A stretch of DNA of 64,000 bases, taken from NCBI RefSeq assembly GCF_009914755.1, contig NC_060928.1; one strand, 5' to 3'. Below the pieces are notes generated by a model, which was not told where the DNA came from, made no database searches, and saw only the letters and a program-made list of their open reading frames with translations. The position numbers and the translations under genes are program-made. This DNA comes from the human T2T-CHM13v2.0 reference genome, Homo sapiens. This document shows positions 45,312-62,887 of this stretch, piece after piece. The stretch's first letter is position 1. Each line of letters begins with the position of its first letter.

Positions 45312-45380
45312 TTATACATATAAATACATATGTATATATGTACATATATGTGTATATATACACACACACACACACACATA
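45312..45380. repeat. (TA/TG)n-(CA)n compound microsatellite
   Basis: tatatatgtacatatatgtgtatatata(ca)n. Confidence 0.85.
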
Positions 45381-47079
45381 TAAATAATCTATTAGATGCT
45401 AAGCTGTAGGGGGTTAGCGGGAGACAATACATGGGAATGCTTTCTGGTGATTCTCTTCTCCAAAAGACAGTATGATTCCCAGGTATTAGATGTGTTAGTA
45501 TCAGATAAAATATCCAGTGGAGCACATAAAATGAAGCAAGACTGAAAATGCACCATAGGAGAAATAAATTCTAAGAATGTAACACTTCGTTAGACAACTG
45601 GAAAGTACAAGGCCAATATGCTTAGTAGTTAGAAATGTTGCCCACCTCCAAGAAAACAAAGGATTGACCCGACATGCAGTGGAAGAATGCCAACAAGAAA
45701 CTTGTTAATCAGTGGCTGATCTCATCTTCACCAGAAAATCTGCTTGAGAGGCATAATATAACGCTGTTTGTAAACCCTGATATCTGTCAAAAGTGCCCTA
45801 AGGTCCTCCTCTCTAGCTCCACCACTGCCCCTCACTTAAAAAAATAAAATTACCTTTAATGATAGGGTTTAACAAGCTGCCTTCTTTTTTTCTGTTATGA
45901 AAACCTCAACAGCAAATAATTTTTATTTCTTTTTATTAAAGAAAGCAACTCTATATTTGTTCTAAATCTCATGGGACCAGTTATTTTCACCCAAACGGCC
46001 AACCAGGTATATACGCTGCTTAACTGTAAACCTCCTTGTTTCTTAGCAGAGGCTTATCGCCATGGTCCAACTATGTTTTAAATTAAGGCATAGCCATCAC
46101 ATGCCAAGCTCTAGCTACTGTTTTCACGAGGAAAGGGCAATTATTCACCCCATCTGAGTGTGACTGTGCCAGACATCATTCAAGAGTGCACCACCCTGAT
46201 CCCTAGACTCTTCCCCTTTATGCACCCAGTTCAGAGACCCTCCCTTCGGCCATTAGACCATCTGAGCTAAATATAGATCTACACACACCAGCAGTTCCTG
46301 ACCGTCGTCACATGGTGCTGACGAAGGACTCCTTGGAGACGCGTTCGGCCCAAACACATACACAAATTTGTGTGCATATTCATCTATATACACCATATCC
46401 ACCGAATTCATCAGGGAGGATGGACACATCTACATTCCGAAGAGAAAATCGCCGTCTAGACAATCTCCTTGTGTTATCTGCCACACTTGTGCCACCCTCG
46501 GCAGTGTCAGAGGATTAAGCTACGTTGCTTTTGCCTGAACTGCGCCGATTTGGTTGGGGCAAGACAGCAAGCAGTATTGAAATGGTACGTCCATACACAC
46601 ACACAAAGGCGCGCGCACCCCAGCCCCCGTCTCGCCCTTTTCCCTGGTGCAGCACTTAAGTTGTTTTCACAGCTCCCTTAGAAAGAACCTCCCTTAAGCT
46701 GACTGCCCGCGAGGCTCCTAGATACCTCTAGCTCATCTGAGATTCCCCAGGCAGGTGACCCGAGGCGACTCAACTGAGCTCTGGCAAAAGCAAGGCGACT
46801 CAGTGTCTCCCAAGTTTGCCAGGTGAACACCGAAGGATGACAGCACATCACCTTGTCGGTGGCGAGTATGTGACTTCTGTTCCCTTGTCCCTTCCTACGA
46901 GTCAGACTTTAGATTACATGGCACTGACAACAAAAATAAACAGCTCCCCCTACACACACACGCACACAAAACTGGTCAAGAAGTGGAAGAATCAACCTAG
47001 GTATGCACACGAAGGAAAGAAGGGATGAAAAAAATGATGGACGCGATTACAACTCAAGACAAATCCTCAAAAACCACCT

Positions 47080-47910
47080 ATCTCGAGACAGAAGGCCTGG
47101 CTGCAGGATCAGGGAGAAAGAGGGAAGGCACAACCCAACCCAACCCAAGCCTGGCCCTGCCCGGGTCCCAGCGGCTCGGCCTCGCACCTGTTGGGGCCGC
47201 GGCAGTCCCAGGTACCCGCAGCGGCCGGGCAGGGGCCCTCCCCCGGTCCCGGGCTGTAACTCGGCTCTTGGCGCCCGCGTTCGCGCTCACTCGCCTCGGG
47301 ATCTCCCGCCGCCTCGGAGCGCACCCGGCAGCCGGTGAAGTCTCTGAGCCCCGCTCGCTCCCCGCGCGGCCCAGGGATCTCCAGGGAGAGCGCAGCGCGC
47401 AGTAGGGTCCGGAGTTCCCGCTCCGGGCTGTGGTCCCCCAGCCGGGAGAACAACCCAGCCAGGGAACAACCTACCTGCAGGTGAACTCCGAGTCCTCGGC
47501 CTCCCGGCTGCGTGCCGCGCGCCCACAAATGCGACCAAAGGACAGGGAGCTAAAGCGCGCGGGAAGAAGAAAAACAAAATCTGTCTAACCAGTCGGGTTC
47601 CTTGTTTATACTGAAACTACGGCAGCCGCCGCCGCGCACGCCCCCCTTGGCTCAGGCGCCTGCCTCCCGCTGCCAGCCCCGCCCCGCCCCGGCAGGCGCG
47701 GGCCAATCACCGCGCAGCTCACCGCCCACGCCGCCGCCACCCGGCCCGGCAGGCAAGTCCCAGTGGGCCCCAGACTCCCGCAGCGCGTCAGCCTGGGTGC
47801 CCTCCCACGCGGCAGAGGCCCGCGGAGCCCAGCGCAGCGGTGTTTAACAGCGTTGGTCAGGCTGGCTCCGACTGTGCGCGTTTCCTCTTGAGTGCACCTG
47901 CCCCGGGCTG
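47080..47910. promoter_or_regulatory. CpG island / RASGEF1B promoter with GC boxes and CCAAT box
   Basis: Very high GC and CpG density; CCCCGCCCCGCCCC (tandem Sp1) ~47677-47690; CCAAT 47703-47707; TATAAA on minus 47605-47610. Confidence 0.9.
47475..47612 (-). other. RASGEF1B: RASGEF1B non-coding exon 1 (5' UTR); TSS approximate
   Basis: Donor CAG|GTAGGT at 47475/47474 inside the CpG island; no ATG in the exon; Inr-like TCAGT on minus strand near 47612. Confidence 0.8.
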
Positions 47911-48049
47911 TTGTGCAGTCGTGTGTGTGTGTTCATTCACGTGTATACTATCTGTAAATACCGGCCCGACTCGTTACACAGTATTTATTAACATAATTGT
48001 GAGCTAAAGGTTACTGTCCATGTAACTTTCAGAAGAGAGCGGAGAGGAA

Positions 48050-48310
48050 CCACAGAACATTTGCTTAGCAAATAACACATAGATCCTGGTGCTAAGCACT
48101 GTGCAAAACGCTGGGGGCACACTTGGCAAAGTAGGCTGGTCTCTGCCATTGTGAAACTTACATAGTCTAGTGGAGGACAGACATTCAGCAAATAATCACC
48201 CAAACAAAATGTAGAATTACAGCTGCTAGAAGTTGCACGGAGAGGAACCTGTTCCGTGAAACATGATTCCGGAGGCAAAGCAGGGAGGCTAGTCCTCAGT
48301 GAGGGCTGTG
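48050..48310 (-). mobile_element. L2 fragment; MIR follows at ~48490-48600
   Basis: cttacatagtctagtggaggacagacatt...agggaggct..ctcagtgagg; gagcttcagttttctcat. Confidence 0.6.
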
Positions 48311-51128
48311 TTGTCATGGTAACCACGTACTCACTCCATCATGGGATATTTGATAACTATTTCAGAAAAAAGGTAAAAACCTCCGTACTTCACTTTGTAC
48401 ACATAAAAGGAGGCCAGAGGGAAATAATGATGGAAACAAGGGAAGAAAGAGACCTATGAAAAGAAAAAATTTACAGAATTAGGAGACTCTTACCAACTGT
48501 ATTTCCTTGAGTAAGTGATACAGCTTTTCTGAGCTTCAGTTTTCTCATATATAAAACAACACTATTCATACCTGTCCTATACTGTTATAATTAAGATTAC
48601 TGAGGGGGAGGAATCCTTTTCCCTCCTGCTCCATGGGTCCCTCCCCCTCTCCTTCCTGGGGTGGAGTCATTTTGACGCTCACTTTGTCTATTCTTAGCGG
48701 ATTCCTCTTTCATTTTCTTCATTTATGCCTCCTTTTACTTTTCTTCCTCTTTATGATACTCCTTCCCTCCTTTGTGTAAATAGGACTCCTCTGATTCAGT
48801 AATTCACTCTAACCTACTTGAGCCTTTGACTTAACCATAGCTTCTCTGCAGTTTAAATGAGAAGCCATAAGGCCAAGGGAACTTGGTGGGCCAGCCATGC
48901 AGAGTGAAACACAGAGGCTGGGTGGCCCTGCCCTGCTGTTGTGGTTGTACTGGTTGGTTGATTTTTCAAGCTCAGTTTTTGCATCCCGATTCTGTAACAA
49001 ACGAGCCATATGACATTGGGCCAGTCACTTACACCCTTGACATTACTGATCCTGTAGCCAGAAATTAAGAGTTGCAGGGGATTGCTGGCAAGATGGCTGA
49101 ATAGGAACAGCTCCAGTCTGCAGCTCGTAGCGAGATTCACGCAGAAAGCATGTGACTTCTGCATTTCCAACTGAGGTACCCAGTTCATCTCACTGGGACT
49201 GGTTGGACAGTGGGTGCAGCCCACGGGGAGTGAGCTGAAGCACGGTGGGGCATCGCCTCACCCGAGAAGTGCAAGGGGTTGGGGAATTTTCTCCTCTACC
49301 CAAGGGAAACCATGAGGGACTGAGCCTGAGGAACTCCAGCACAGATACTGTGCTTGTGCCAGTTTTCGCAACCCACAAACCAGGAGATTCCTTCCAGTGC
49401 CTACCCCACCAGGGCCCTGGGTTTCAAGCACAAAACTGGGTGGCCATTTGGGCAGACACCGAACTAGCTACAGGAGTTCTTTTTTTTTCCATACCCCAGT
49501 GGCGCCTGGAACACCAGCGAGACAGAACCGTTCACTCTCCTAGAAAGGGTTGCTGAAGCCAGGGAGCCAAGTGGTCTGGCTCAGCCGGTCCCACCCCAAT
49601 GGAGCCCAGCAAACTAAGATCCACTGGCTTGAAATTCTCACTGCCAGCACAGCAGCAGTCTGAGATCAACCCAGGACACTCGAGCTTGGTGGGAGGAGGG
49701 GCATCCACCATTGTTGAGGCTTGAGTAGGCAGTTTTACACTCACAGTGTAAACAAAGCCTCTGGGAAGTTGGAACCGGGCAGAGCCTACTGCAGCTCAGC
49801 AAGCCTGCTGTGGCCAGACTGCCAAATTTCCCTTCTCTGGGCAGGGCATCTCTGAAAAAAGGCAGCAGCCCCAGTCAGGGACTTATAGATAAAACGCCCG
49901 CCTCCCTGGAACAGAGCACCTGGGGAAAGGGGCGGTTGTGGGCGCAGCTTCAGTAGTCTTAAACGTCTGCCTGACAGCTCTGAAGAGAACAGCAGATCTC
50001 CCAGCACAGCGTTCAAGCTCTGCTAAGGGTCAGACTGCCTCCTCAAGAGGGTCCCTGACCCTCGTGTATCCTGACTGGGGGACACCTCCCAGTAGGGGCT
50101 GACAGACACCTCCTACAGGAGAGCTCTGGCTGGCATCTGGCAGGTGCCCCTCTGGGACAAAGCTTCCAGAGGAAAGATCAGTCTTTGCTGTTCTGCAGCC
50201 TCCACTGTGATATCCAGGTAAACAGGGTCGGGAGTGGACCTCCAGCAAACTCCAGCAAACCAGCAGCAGAGGGGCGTGTCAGAAGGAAAACTAAAAACCA
50301 GGAATAGCACGTCCACTGAAAAACCCCATCCGAACATCACCGACGTCAAGGACCAAAGGTAGATAAATCCACAAAGATGAGGAAAAACCAGTGCAAAAAA
50401 GGCTGAAAATTCCAAATCCAGAACACCTCTTCTCATCCAAAGGATCACAGCTCCTCACCAGCAAGGGAACAAAACTGAATGGAGAATGAATTTGACGAAT
50501 TGACAGAAGTAGGCTTCAGAAAGTGGATAATAAACTCCTCTGTGCTAAAGGAGCATCGTCTGACCCAGTGCAAGAAAGCCAAGAACCTGGAGAAAAGGTT
50601 AGATGAATTGCTAACTAGAATAACCAGTGTAGAGAAAAACATAAATGATGTGACAGAGCTGAAAAACACAGGATGAGAACTTTGTGAAGCATACACAAGT
50701 ATCAATAGCCAAATCCATCAAGTAGAAGAAAGGATATCAGAGACTGGAGATCAACTTAATGAAATAAAGAGAGAAGACAAGATTAGAGAAAAAAGAATAA
50801 AAAGAACACACAAAGCCTCCAAGAAATATGGGACTATGTGAAAAGACCAAATCTACGTTTGATTGGTGTACCTGAAAGTGACTAGGAGAATGGAATCAAG
50901 TTGGAAAACACTCTGCAGGATATTATCCAGGAGAACTTCCTCAACCTAGCAAGGCAGGCCAACATTCAAATTCAGGAAATACAGAGACACCACAAAGATA
51001 CTCCTCGAGAAGAGCAACCCCAAGACACATACTTATCAGATTCACCAAGGTTGAAATAAAGGAAAAAATGTTAAGGGCAACCAGAGAGAAAGGTCGGGTT
51101 ACCCACAAAGGGAAGCCCATCAGACTAA

Positions 51129-51495
<367 letters not shown>

Positions 51496-51762
51496 TAAAG
51501 AAAATAATTTTCAACCCAGAATTTCACATCCAGCCAAACTAAGCTTCATAAGCGAAGGAGAAATAAAATCCTCTATAGACAAGCAAATGCTGAGAGATTT
51601 TGTCACTCCAGGCCTGCCTTACAAGAGCTCCTGAAGGAAGCACTAAACATGGAAAGGAACAACCAGTACCAGCCACTGCAAAAACATACCAAATTGTAAA
51701 GAACACCAATACTGTGAAGAAACTGCAACAACTAAAGGGCAAAACAACCAGCCAGCATCATA

Positions 51763-55505
<3,743 letters not shown>

Positions 55506-56079
55506 AGCTGGAAGCCATTGTTCTCAGCTAACTAACGCAAGAACAGAAAACCAAAACCACATTTTCTCACTCATAAGTGGGAGTTGAACAATGAGAACAC
55601 ATGGACATGAAGAGGGGAACATCACACACTGGGGCCTGTTGTGGGGTGGGTGGCTAGGGGAGGGATACCATTAGGAGAAATACCTAATTTAGATGACAAG
55701 TTAATGTGTGCAGCAAACCACCATGGCACGTTTATACCTATGTAAAAAACCTGCACGTTCTGCACATGTACCCCCGAACTTAAAGTATAATAATAAAAAA
55801 GACATTAGGAGTTGGAGAAAATCAGGATTTCTTAATGAGAATATCTGACATATCCTTTGTAACCTCTGGCTGTGGACATCAGACCAGAAGATTTTGCCCA
55901 GTTTTACTTTCTAAAGTATCCCGCAACAAAGAAGTTTATTTTAGATTCTTAAGATGTACAATGGATACCATGATAATATTAATGCAATGCTTTCCAAACA
56001 GCATTCCCACCCCCTATTTTGGCAGATCTCTCTGGGTTCCTTCTAGCTTTCTGTATGCCGAGTGTTAAATAAAGAGACA

Positions 56080-56615
56080 GATCTGGAGCTAGGCATCCTG
56101 ACCCCTAATCCTATCTCTCTCACAGAGCCACCTATAAAGCCTTAGAAAAGGTACTGATGGACTCTGGACCAGCTTACTCATCTGAAAAATAGCATCATGG
56201 TTAATCAAAGTAACGTTTTCATAGGGTGTTGAGAAGACTAAAAGAGATCATACATGAAATGAGTTTGAAATAATGTCCCTCAGAGAAGCCTTCCCTGACT
56301 CCCTATTTAAAATTGCAGTCACCCCTCACTCCGTATAACCCTTCCCTGCTTTCTTGTTGTTTCTTCCATAGGACGTATTGCCATTTAACATACTATATAT
56401 TTTACTTATTATTGCATCTCCCCTCTCACTAGAATATAAGTTCCATAACAGCAGGGAATGTTGTTGTAGTCATTGTAGTCGTTGTTTTCCTGCTGTATTT
56501 CCAACGTCTAGAACAATGTCTGACATATAAGAAGCACTTAGTAAATATATGTTGGTTGAATAAATGAATGCTTAGCACATAATAAGTACTCAACAACGAA
56601 TTGCTGTTATTATCA
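56080..56615 (+). mobile_element. MIR interrupted by L2 3' end
   Basis: ctcatctgaaaaat MIR core; cctcagagaagccttccctgact...ttgaataaatgaatg L2 end; cacataataagtactcaac MIR tail. Confidence 0.7.
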
Positions 56616-58319
56616 TGTCTGAATTATTTTCTATCATGAAAAAAATTTCCTTTCTCTATTCCTCAGTTTCTTTCTGATCTTTTTACTCCATTGGCTCAAC
56701 TCCTATCTGTAAATGTCAGTAAGCTCAGTAATGCCAATCAAATTGATGCAAATCTGCTAAGTAGTATCTCACTCCAGTATTAAAAAACAGCCACCTGTAT
56801 TTAGAATTTCTGCTATATGGCAGGCTCTGTGCTAAGCATTATTTTTTTCTTTTCCAGTCCTCTTGTAGCTCAGATGCATAAAATTACAGCAATCATCATG
56901 ACCAATCCATGTCCAGCCCTCTTTCTTTTGTTTTAGTTCCTTTCATTCCCCATCTAAAATTCCAGATTTTATCACACAGTATTTAGTGTGAACTTTTCAA
57001 TCCACCTTTCATGAACAATGATGGTATTGTCTTATGTGAGTACACATGAGTGTATTTACACAAATGTTATTGTGCAATCTGTCTCATTCTGTTTCTCGTT
57101 TTCCCCGCAACTTAGACTTCTGATCATCTATCCATGTTGATATTTGTTGGTGTTGCTCACTCTGTTTATCCATTGTTGAGTGTTTCACCACATCTGTGTA
57201 ACTCTGTTAATAGTTCCCTGTTAGCAGGGAGCTATTTTTTATTCGCAGTATTATCAATCCTCACCAAAACTCTGAGAGATAAGTACTATTATTTCCATTT
57301 CTGAGAGGAAGAAATGAGGCTCGGGAGAGTAAGCCACTGGCCAAGGACACTCAGCTGGAGAAGCCATGAATTAAATCTGTATATCTCTGTTTAATCCTCT
57401 TGCCTTCCCGATTCATAAAATTCATTCAATTACTGTGGGACTTATGAAATAATGTTTAAAACTAATAGATATGTGTATTTAAATTAAACTAGAAGCCAGT
57501 TTTTTTTGCAAAGCGATGTTATTTGTCTCAAAGACACAAGTTTAGTTTTCTTCAGAGACACGAGTTTAATACTAGTATTTGTGGTTTATAATTTCCTTAA
57601 AACACTTGAACCTTCCATGAAAATCTCACAAGCATGTTTGTCTTCAGATATTTAAAATTTATCATTTTAAAGAAGAATGAGGCACCAGAACACTAGATAG
57701 GATTAAAAAGGGAATTGTATAAGGGAATGGATTATGGCTTCAATGTGAGAAAAACATTAAACATGTCTGTAGCAGAATGGTATCCTTTTTCAGCATTAAA
57801 TTCCCGCTGTGTATATCTTAAAGAGCCTTGTGAAATGGCCATGTAACTCCCCAAAACACTTCCACATTTTATCTTTCATTTATTTTCTCAGTGTCACTCT
57901 GGATTATGGAGATGAACAGTTCAAGGATATGTAATCTTAACCTCAGATTGTAAATGGAAGGAAAAAACGGGATTGATCACACCACCTATCAACAGTCAAT
58001 CTGGACCCCAGCCTAGGCCTTCTCACTTTCAAAGCTAAAACCCACAAACCATTTTTCATAAGTCTGATGTACACGGCCTCTCTTGTATGATGACAAAAGA
58101 TTATGGGGTCTTAGGCCATAATTAGACCAACCCAGCTCCACACTTTAGAGAAATCCCTTATTTTCCCCTTGCTATTTAAGTATGCTTTTCCTTGACTTCC
58201 CTTTCCTCATCGTCTGGGGCCTAGAGCAAAAGGAGAAGGAAGCTGCTTGGCATGCTTTGGTTTCATGCCCTCTTCCTGCCGCTAGCCTGAGTGAAAGGAA
58301 GGCTGTTCATGGGTCAGAC

Positions 58320-59761
58320 TTTTTGTTTTTTTTCTGAATAAGTTGGTCTTATTAAGAATTAAGAACAGGTTTATCTAAGTCAGATTCTGGTAGCCTTTAA
58401 TGTTAAGTCTGATTATTTTACTAGAAGATCTTTTTGGTTTTGACTAATTGCCAATCTATGTCTAGCACATGGAGTAGGAAGGGACAAGGGAGAGAATGAG
58501 TAATATAATAATAAAATTAATAGGGGACCATACTGGAACTTCAGAGTAATTTTTAAAAGTGTGTGTATATGTTTAGCATCAACCTCTGTACATACAATAG
58601 CCCTGAAATCTGATGGGAAGAATGACCGCAGCAGGACACAAAGACTTCCATATTCAAGATCCTGAGTCCCTGTCTAGTGCCATCAATCCCAATATAACTA
58701 TAAAATGAATTCTGACACTTAGAAGGAATTTGTGTGATGAAACAAATGACGGGGTCAGCCTTTGAATGGTCATTTCAATAATAATTTCCAACATTTGTTA
58801 TAGTTTACAGTGTTCTTTCACATCCATTATCTCATTTAGGGAGAACATGGGGTCTGTGAGGGTCATTCAATTCTGACAGTGGTCATTATAGAAGACATAT
58901 ACTTTTCTCTTCTGGTATCACTAAAAATATTATAGATAGCCATCCATTTAAACTTGCTAAGAAGATACTCCTAAACAGAAGAGAACTGGCTGAAAAAGAT
59001 AACTTCAGGAGGTCTAGTGAACATATCCAAGTGATTCTTCATCACTGTCACTTTTTACTTCCCAGACCCTAAAGTTGTAGGAAAGAATGTGACAACCACA
59101 TGGGAAATCCCAAAACAGATGGTAGGTTTTCAAGTCTCCTAAAAAGATGTAAAAAATTAGTATATCTTCATTTATAAACAAGAACTGTTGAAAGGCAACT
59201 TTACTGTTTTTTCTTAAATAAGCATTATTTTACTCATTTGCCAATACTTATTTACTCTTACAAAGTAATTATTTGCAACACCCTCAGAAAGAATATTGAT
59301 AATGAGAAGTAATATAACTTGGCCTGATCACAAGGTCATGAGACAGTCATCCTCTTCATTGATTATATAACACATAGTAACTTACCTTCCCTGTACCGAC
59401 AAAGAAACATTTAATAATCTTAAACATGCATTATTTTGATTAGACATTTTACTGTTTTGAGTAGAAATTCAAATATGTTTAACACGAATCTATTTAGATG
59501 AATATTATTCATCCAAACAATCTTTATAGTAAATATACTTATATTTTTCTATGTGTAATTTCTCTCTCTAGCAGTTTTTGGTTTCTTCTTAATGAGTTGG
59601 TCTTATAACGAATTAAGAACAGGTTTTACTAAGTCAGATTCTTGTAGCCTTTAATGTTAACTCTGGTTATTTTGCTAGACGATCCCCTTGGTTTAGACTA
59701 ATCATCTAGCACATTGACTAGGAAGGGACAGGGAGAAAATGAGTAATACAATAATAAAATT
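58320..59761 (+). repeat. Diverged ~190-bp direct repeat pair (58320-58518 and 59574-59761)
   Basis: Shared agttggtctta...gaattaagaacagg...ctaagtcagattct..gtagcctttaatgttaa...ctagcacat...aggaagggaca...aatgagtaata. Confidence 0.9.
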
Positions 59762-62700
59762 TTAGAGTTGGGGCAAGTATTAACGATCATCTCTTTTAAT
59801 CTTTCCCTATCCCTGTGCCACCAACCAAGGCATTTTTGAACAAGGAAACTGAGTCCCAGAGAGATTAAATGATCTCTCCTAGGCCAACAAGATAATAGCA
59901 AAGTTATACTAGTCAAAGAGCACAGATAATCCCAGGACTTCAAATCCTACATGATTTTACTTCCTAATAATCCCTGCAGGGGTAGAGCTATAGAGCTACT
60001 TTGACATTATAGAAGCTTAATTTGTTTTCAAATATTGATGACAACTATTCTCTATTAAATATATCTTGATAAAATAAAGTCTCTAGATATTACATTTTAT
60101 GAGAATTTTCTAAATGATGCTAATGCTATTTATGATTTAATGTTCAAGGTAGTAAAATAGTAAGCTCTTTAGTGGCTTTATCATTAAAGTAACCACATTA
60201 AAGTAACTATTAATTATACTTCAAAAAGTAAATTCAAGAAATTATGTCAATCAAAAAAGCTTCTCTAATTAGCATTTACTATTGTCACCATGAAAGCATG
60301 TACCTAAGATATTTTCTATTTTGTATAATAAAATAATTTTCACAAGACTATTAGAGCATTTCCCTGAAGTCTTTGTGTGATTTCTAAATGATTCTGTGAA
60401 GTTTAAATTTGTAAAATGTCTAAACATTCATTTTGACACACAGATGATTTCAGTAGTAAAGCCAGAATCTCTGTGCAAAAAATATTTAGATATTGTTATG
60501 GAAAAGCATAGTGCTGAATCTATTTTCTACACAAAAATAAAAGGAAACGTTATGTAATTTAATTGTATTTCACTAGAGACAGAGGATGGCTATCTCTGGG
60601 AATGGGAATTGGACTTCAATTTTACGTGTAGTGTTTGAATTCTTTCCTAAAGAACAACATAAAGCTGATATGACAAAATGCTCATTATTATCATTTGTGC
60701 GTCATAGGTAGATGGGTGTTTATACTTTTTTATTTTGTAAGTTTCTTCAAAAAAATTAAAGAATTTTATAATTAAAATTGGATATTTTCATGTACCTATA
60801 CTACATAACCTTAAACTTCTATATTTAAAGCTTACATTTTAAGGCAATATATACTGATAATGTTATGCTTTGCCTTTTTCCTCTCATTGATTAATCACAT
60901 TTATGAAGTATAACTGTCAATCAATAGTCCAGAGAATTTTATTTGGCTTCACTGTACAAAATTATACTCTATGTGTATGTTAAATATACTCTATGTGTAT
61001 GTGTATGTTAAAGAATGTTATGCATCTCACATAGCCTATCAAATTAGCCCCCTTTTGTTTTTTGATGTGATTGTGTGTGTCTCCTCTGAAACAGTGATGT
61101 ACATTGTGACACATAGTTAACACACAAATGAGCTTTGATTCGTGACTGAAACCTGCTTTAAAGTCAATTCTCCCACAGGCTAACACCATTAGCACGTGAT
61201 TAATGTTTCCAGGGCCTGGAATTAACCAGTGATAATTTTAGAATCTACAAGTATCCACATAATTGTCTCCAAATAGCTGTCTCTGAAGAGCGGTCAAGAA
61301 CTAAAGTGAAATGGAGGTTGAATGTAAGGATATGTCTTCTTATTAGGGGGATGATTCATTTACTTCAGGTCTGTCATGACAGTCAAGGAGTGTGTTTGGA
61401 GATGTATTTGGGAGAGGAGACGGGGTGGAAGAATATGACTGTTGCTTGAAGTGGAGTTTGGAAAGTGTTGAAGAGATGAGGCATTTTCTGACCTAGACTA
61501 TTGCTCAATAATTTAAAAGAGATTATCTCCTAAGTATGTAAGGAAAGAAGTCTAAGAAAGACTAATGTATGAATTTAACATCTCTCACAGCAAGAAAGTC
61601 ATAGCCAAGGGCAAAATAAAATATCTTAGTCTGGATAAAATTCCATAGATAAATACGTGTCTTTAGTCTGTTTGTTGTTTTTTTTTAAGAACTCAAACTC
61701 TTGAATGCCCTGCCTTCTTAAGTTAAAAAGTCAAACACCAGCTGTTTATAAAAGGCAATCACAAACCCAAATTCCTAAATTCAAAAATACTAAGAAGTTT
61801 TATTTTTCTCCAAAATAGTTGAACTAAGACATACTTTTGAAAACATCACTAAACAGATACAGTTTTGGTTAGTCCTGTTCTTGCTCTTGCATTAAGGCTA
61901 ATGACAGATATATTGCCATCCTTTGATTCAGAACACACAACAACAATAACAAAATGAACATGAATTTTGTTCTGTGTCTTTCCATAGGTGAGAAAAAAAA
62001 GCATATATCCTGCCAGAACAAACCCTTCCAAGTTTATCACAATGATAAACCTGAGGCACATCTCACTTGACAAGATACCTAGTAGGCTTCATATGTGAAT
62101 ACAGGAGTTTTGGGATCCTTTCTTAATTCCTTTTTCCTTCCTTCCTTCCATCCTTGCTCTTTTAAGATCTGCAAACTACATTGTGGTAGAAATTTTTCAC
62201 TTCAAATTTAAGAGTAACAACCCATGCTTCAAGGAGGCAATGTTTGAACCTGTTAAACAATTCTTTTAGGAAGAAACAACCAGCATATTGAAATGAGTCA
62301 TTTGCACAAAGGCTAGCAGAACTCATTCCAGAGCACACAGAAGGAGGGAGGAAATGCAAAACAGGACAACCTGTTGAGAGCAAACAGTGGAAGGGACTCA
62401 TTGTCTCACCTGGGGAGAAAGAGCCTTTGGCGGATATTTCAAAGAGACTCTAGACAGTGTAGGAACAAATACAGGAACCTGCCATACTGGCTTTGCTGTG
62501 GGAGAAGCTAACATTTCAGATTCTTGGTGTTCTCAACTGTAAAATGAGGGGATTAGGCTGGTTCCATCTGGATACCTTAACAGCCAAGAGGCTTGCAGAG
62601 GCCCAGAAGTGATAGACTTGACCTAACCACACTGATATTAGGGATTATGGTCATATCTTTTCTCTGAAGCTCAATATCTGCATTATGCTAATCTTTATGA

Positions 62701-62887
62701 TGCCCAAAAGATCCCCTGGGAATCTGCTTTGACTTTTCCCTAAGGCTTCGGCTTGTACTAAATACAGTGGCTGCAATTAAATGGACTATGGCATAATAAT
62801 ACCTCCACTCTGGGTCTGATTTAAGCAGACTTGAGATTCACCTTCAATGATGGAAGTTCTACTTCTGGAGTAATAATTTATCCGGCA

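Noticed and set aside
47605-47610. TATAAA as a functional TATA box
   Set aside because: It overlaps an Inr-like TCAGT in a GC-box/CCAAT CpG-island promoter and may sit at the transcript start; cannot be resolved without CAGE data
47003-47847. Several Pro/Arg/Gly-rich ORFs on both strands
   Set aside because: Expected stop-codon scarcity in a CpG island; no domain similarity
60963-61012. Short tandem duplication (atactctatgtgtatgt)x2
   Set aside because: Ordinary slippage; only two units and no spacer structure
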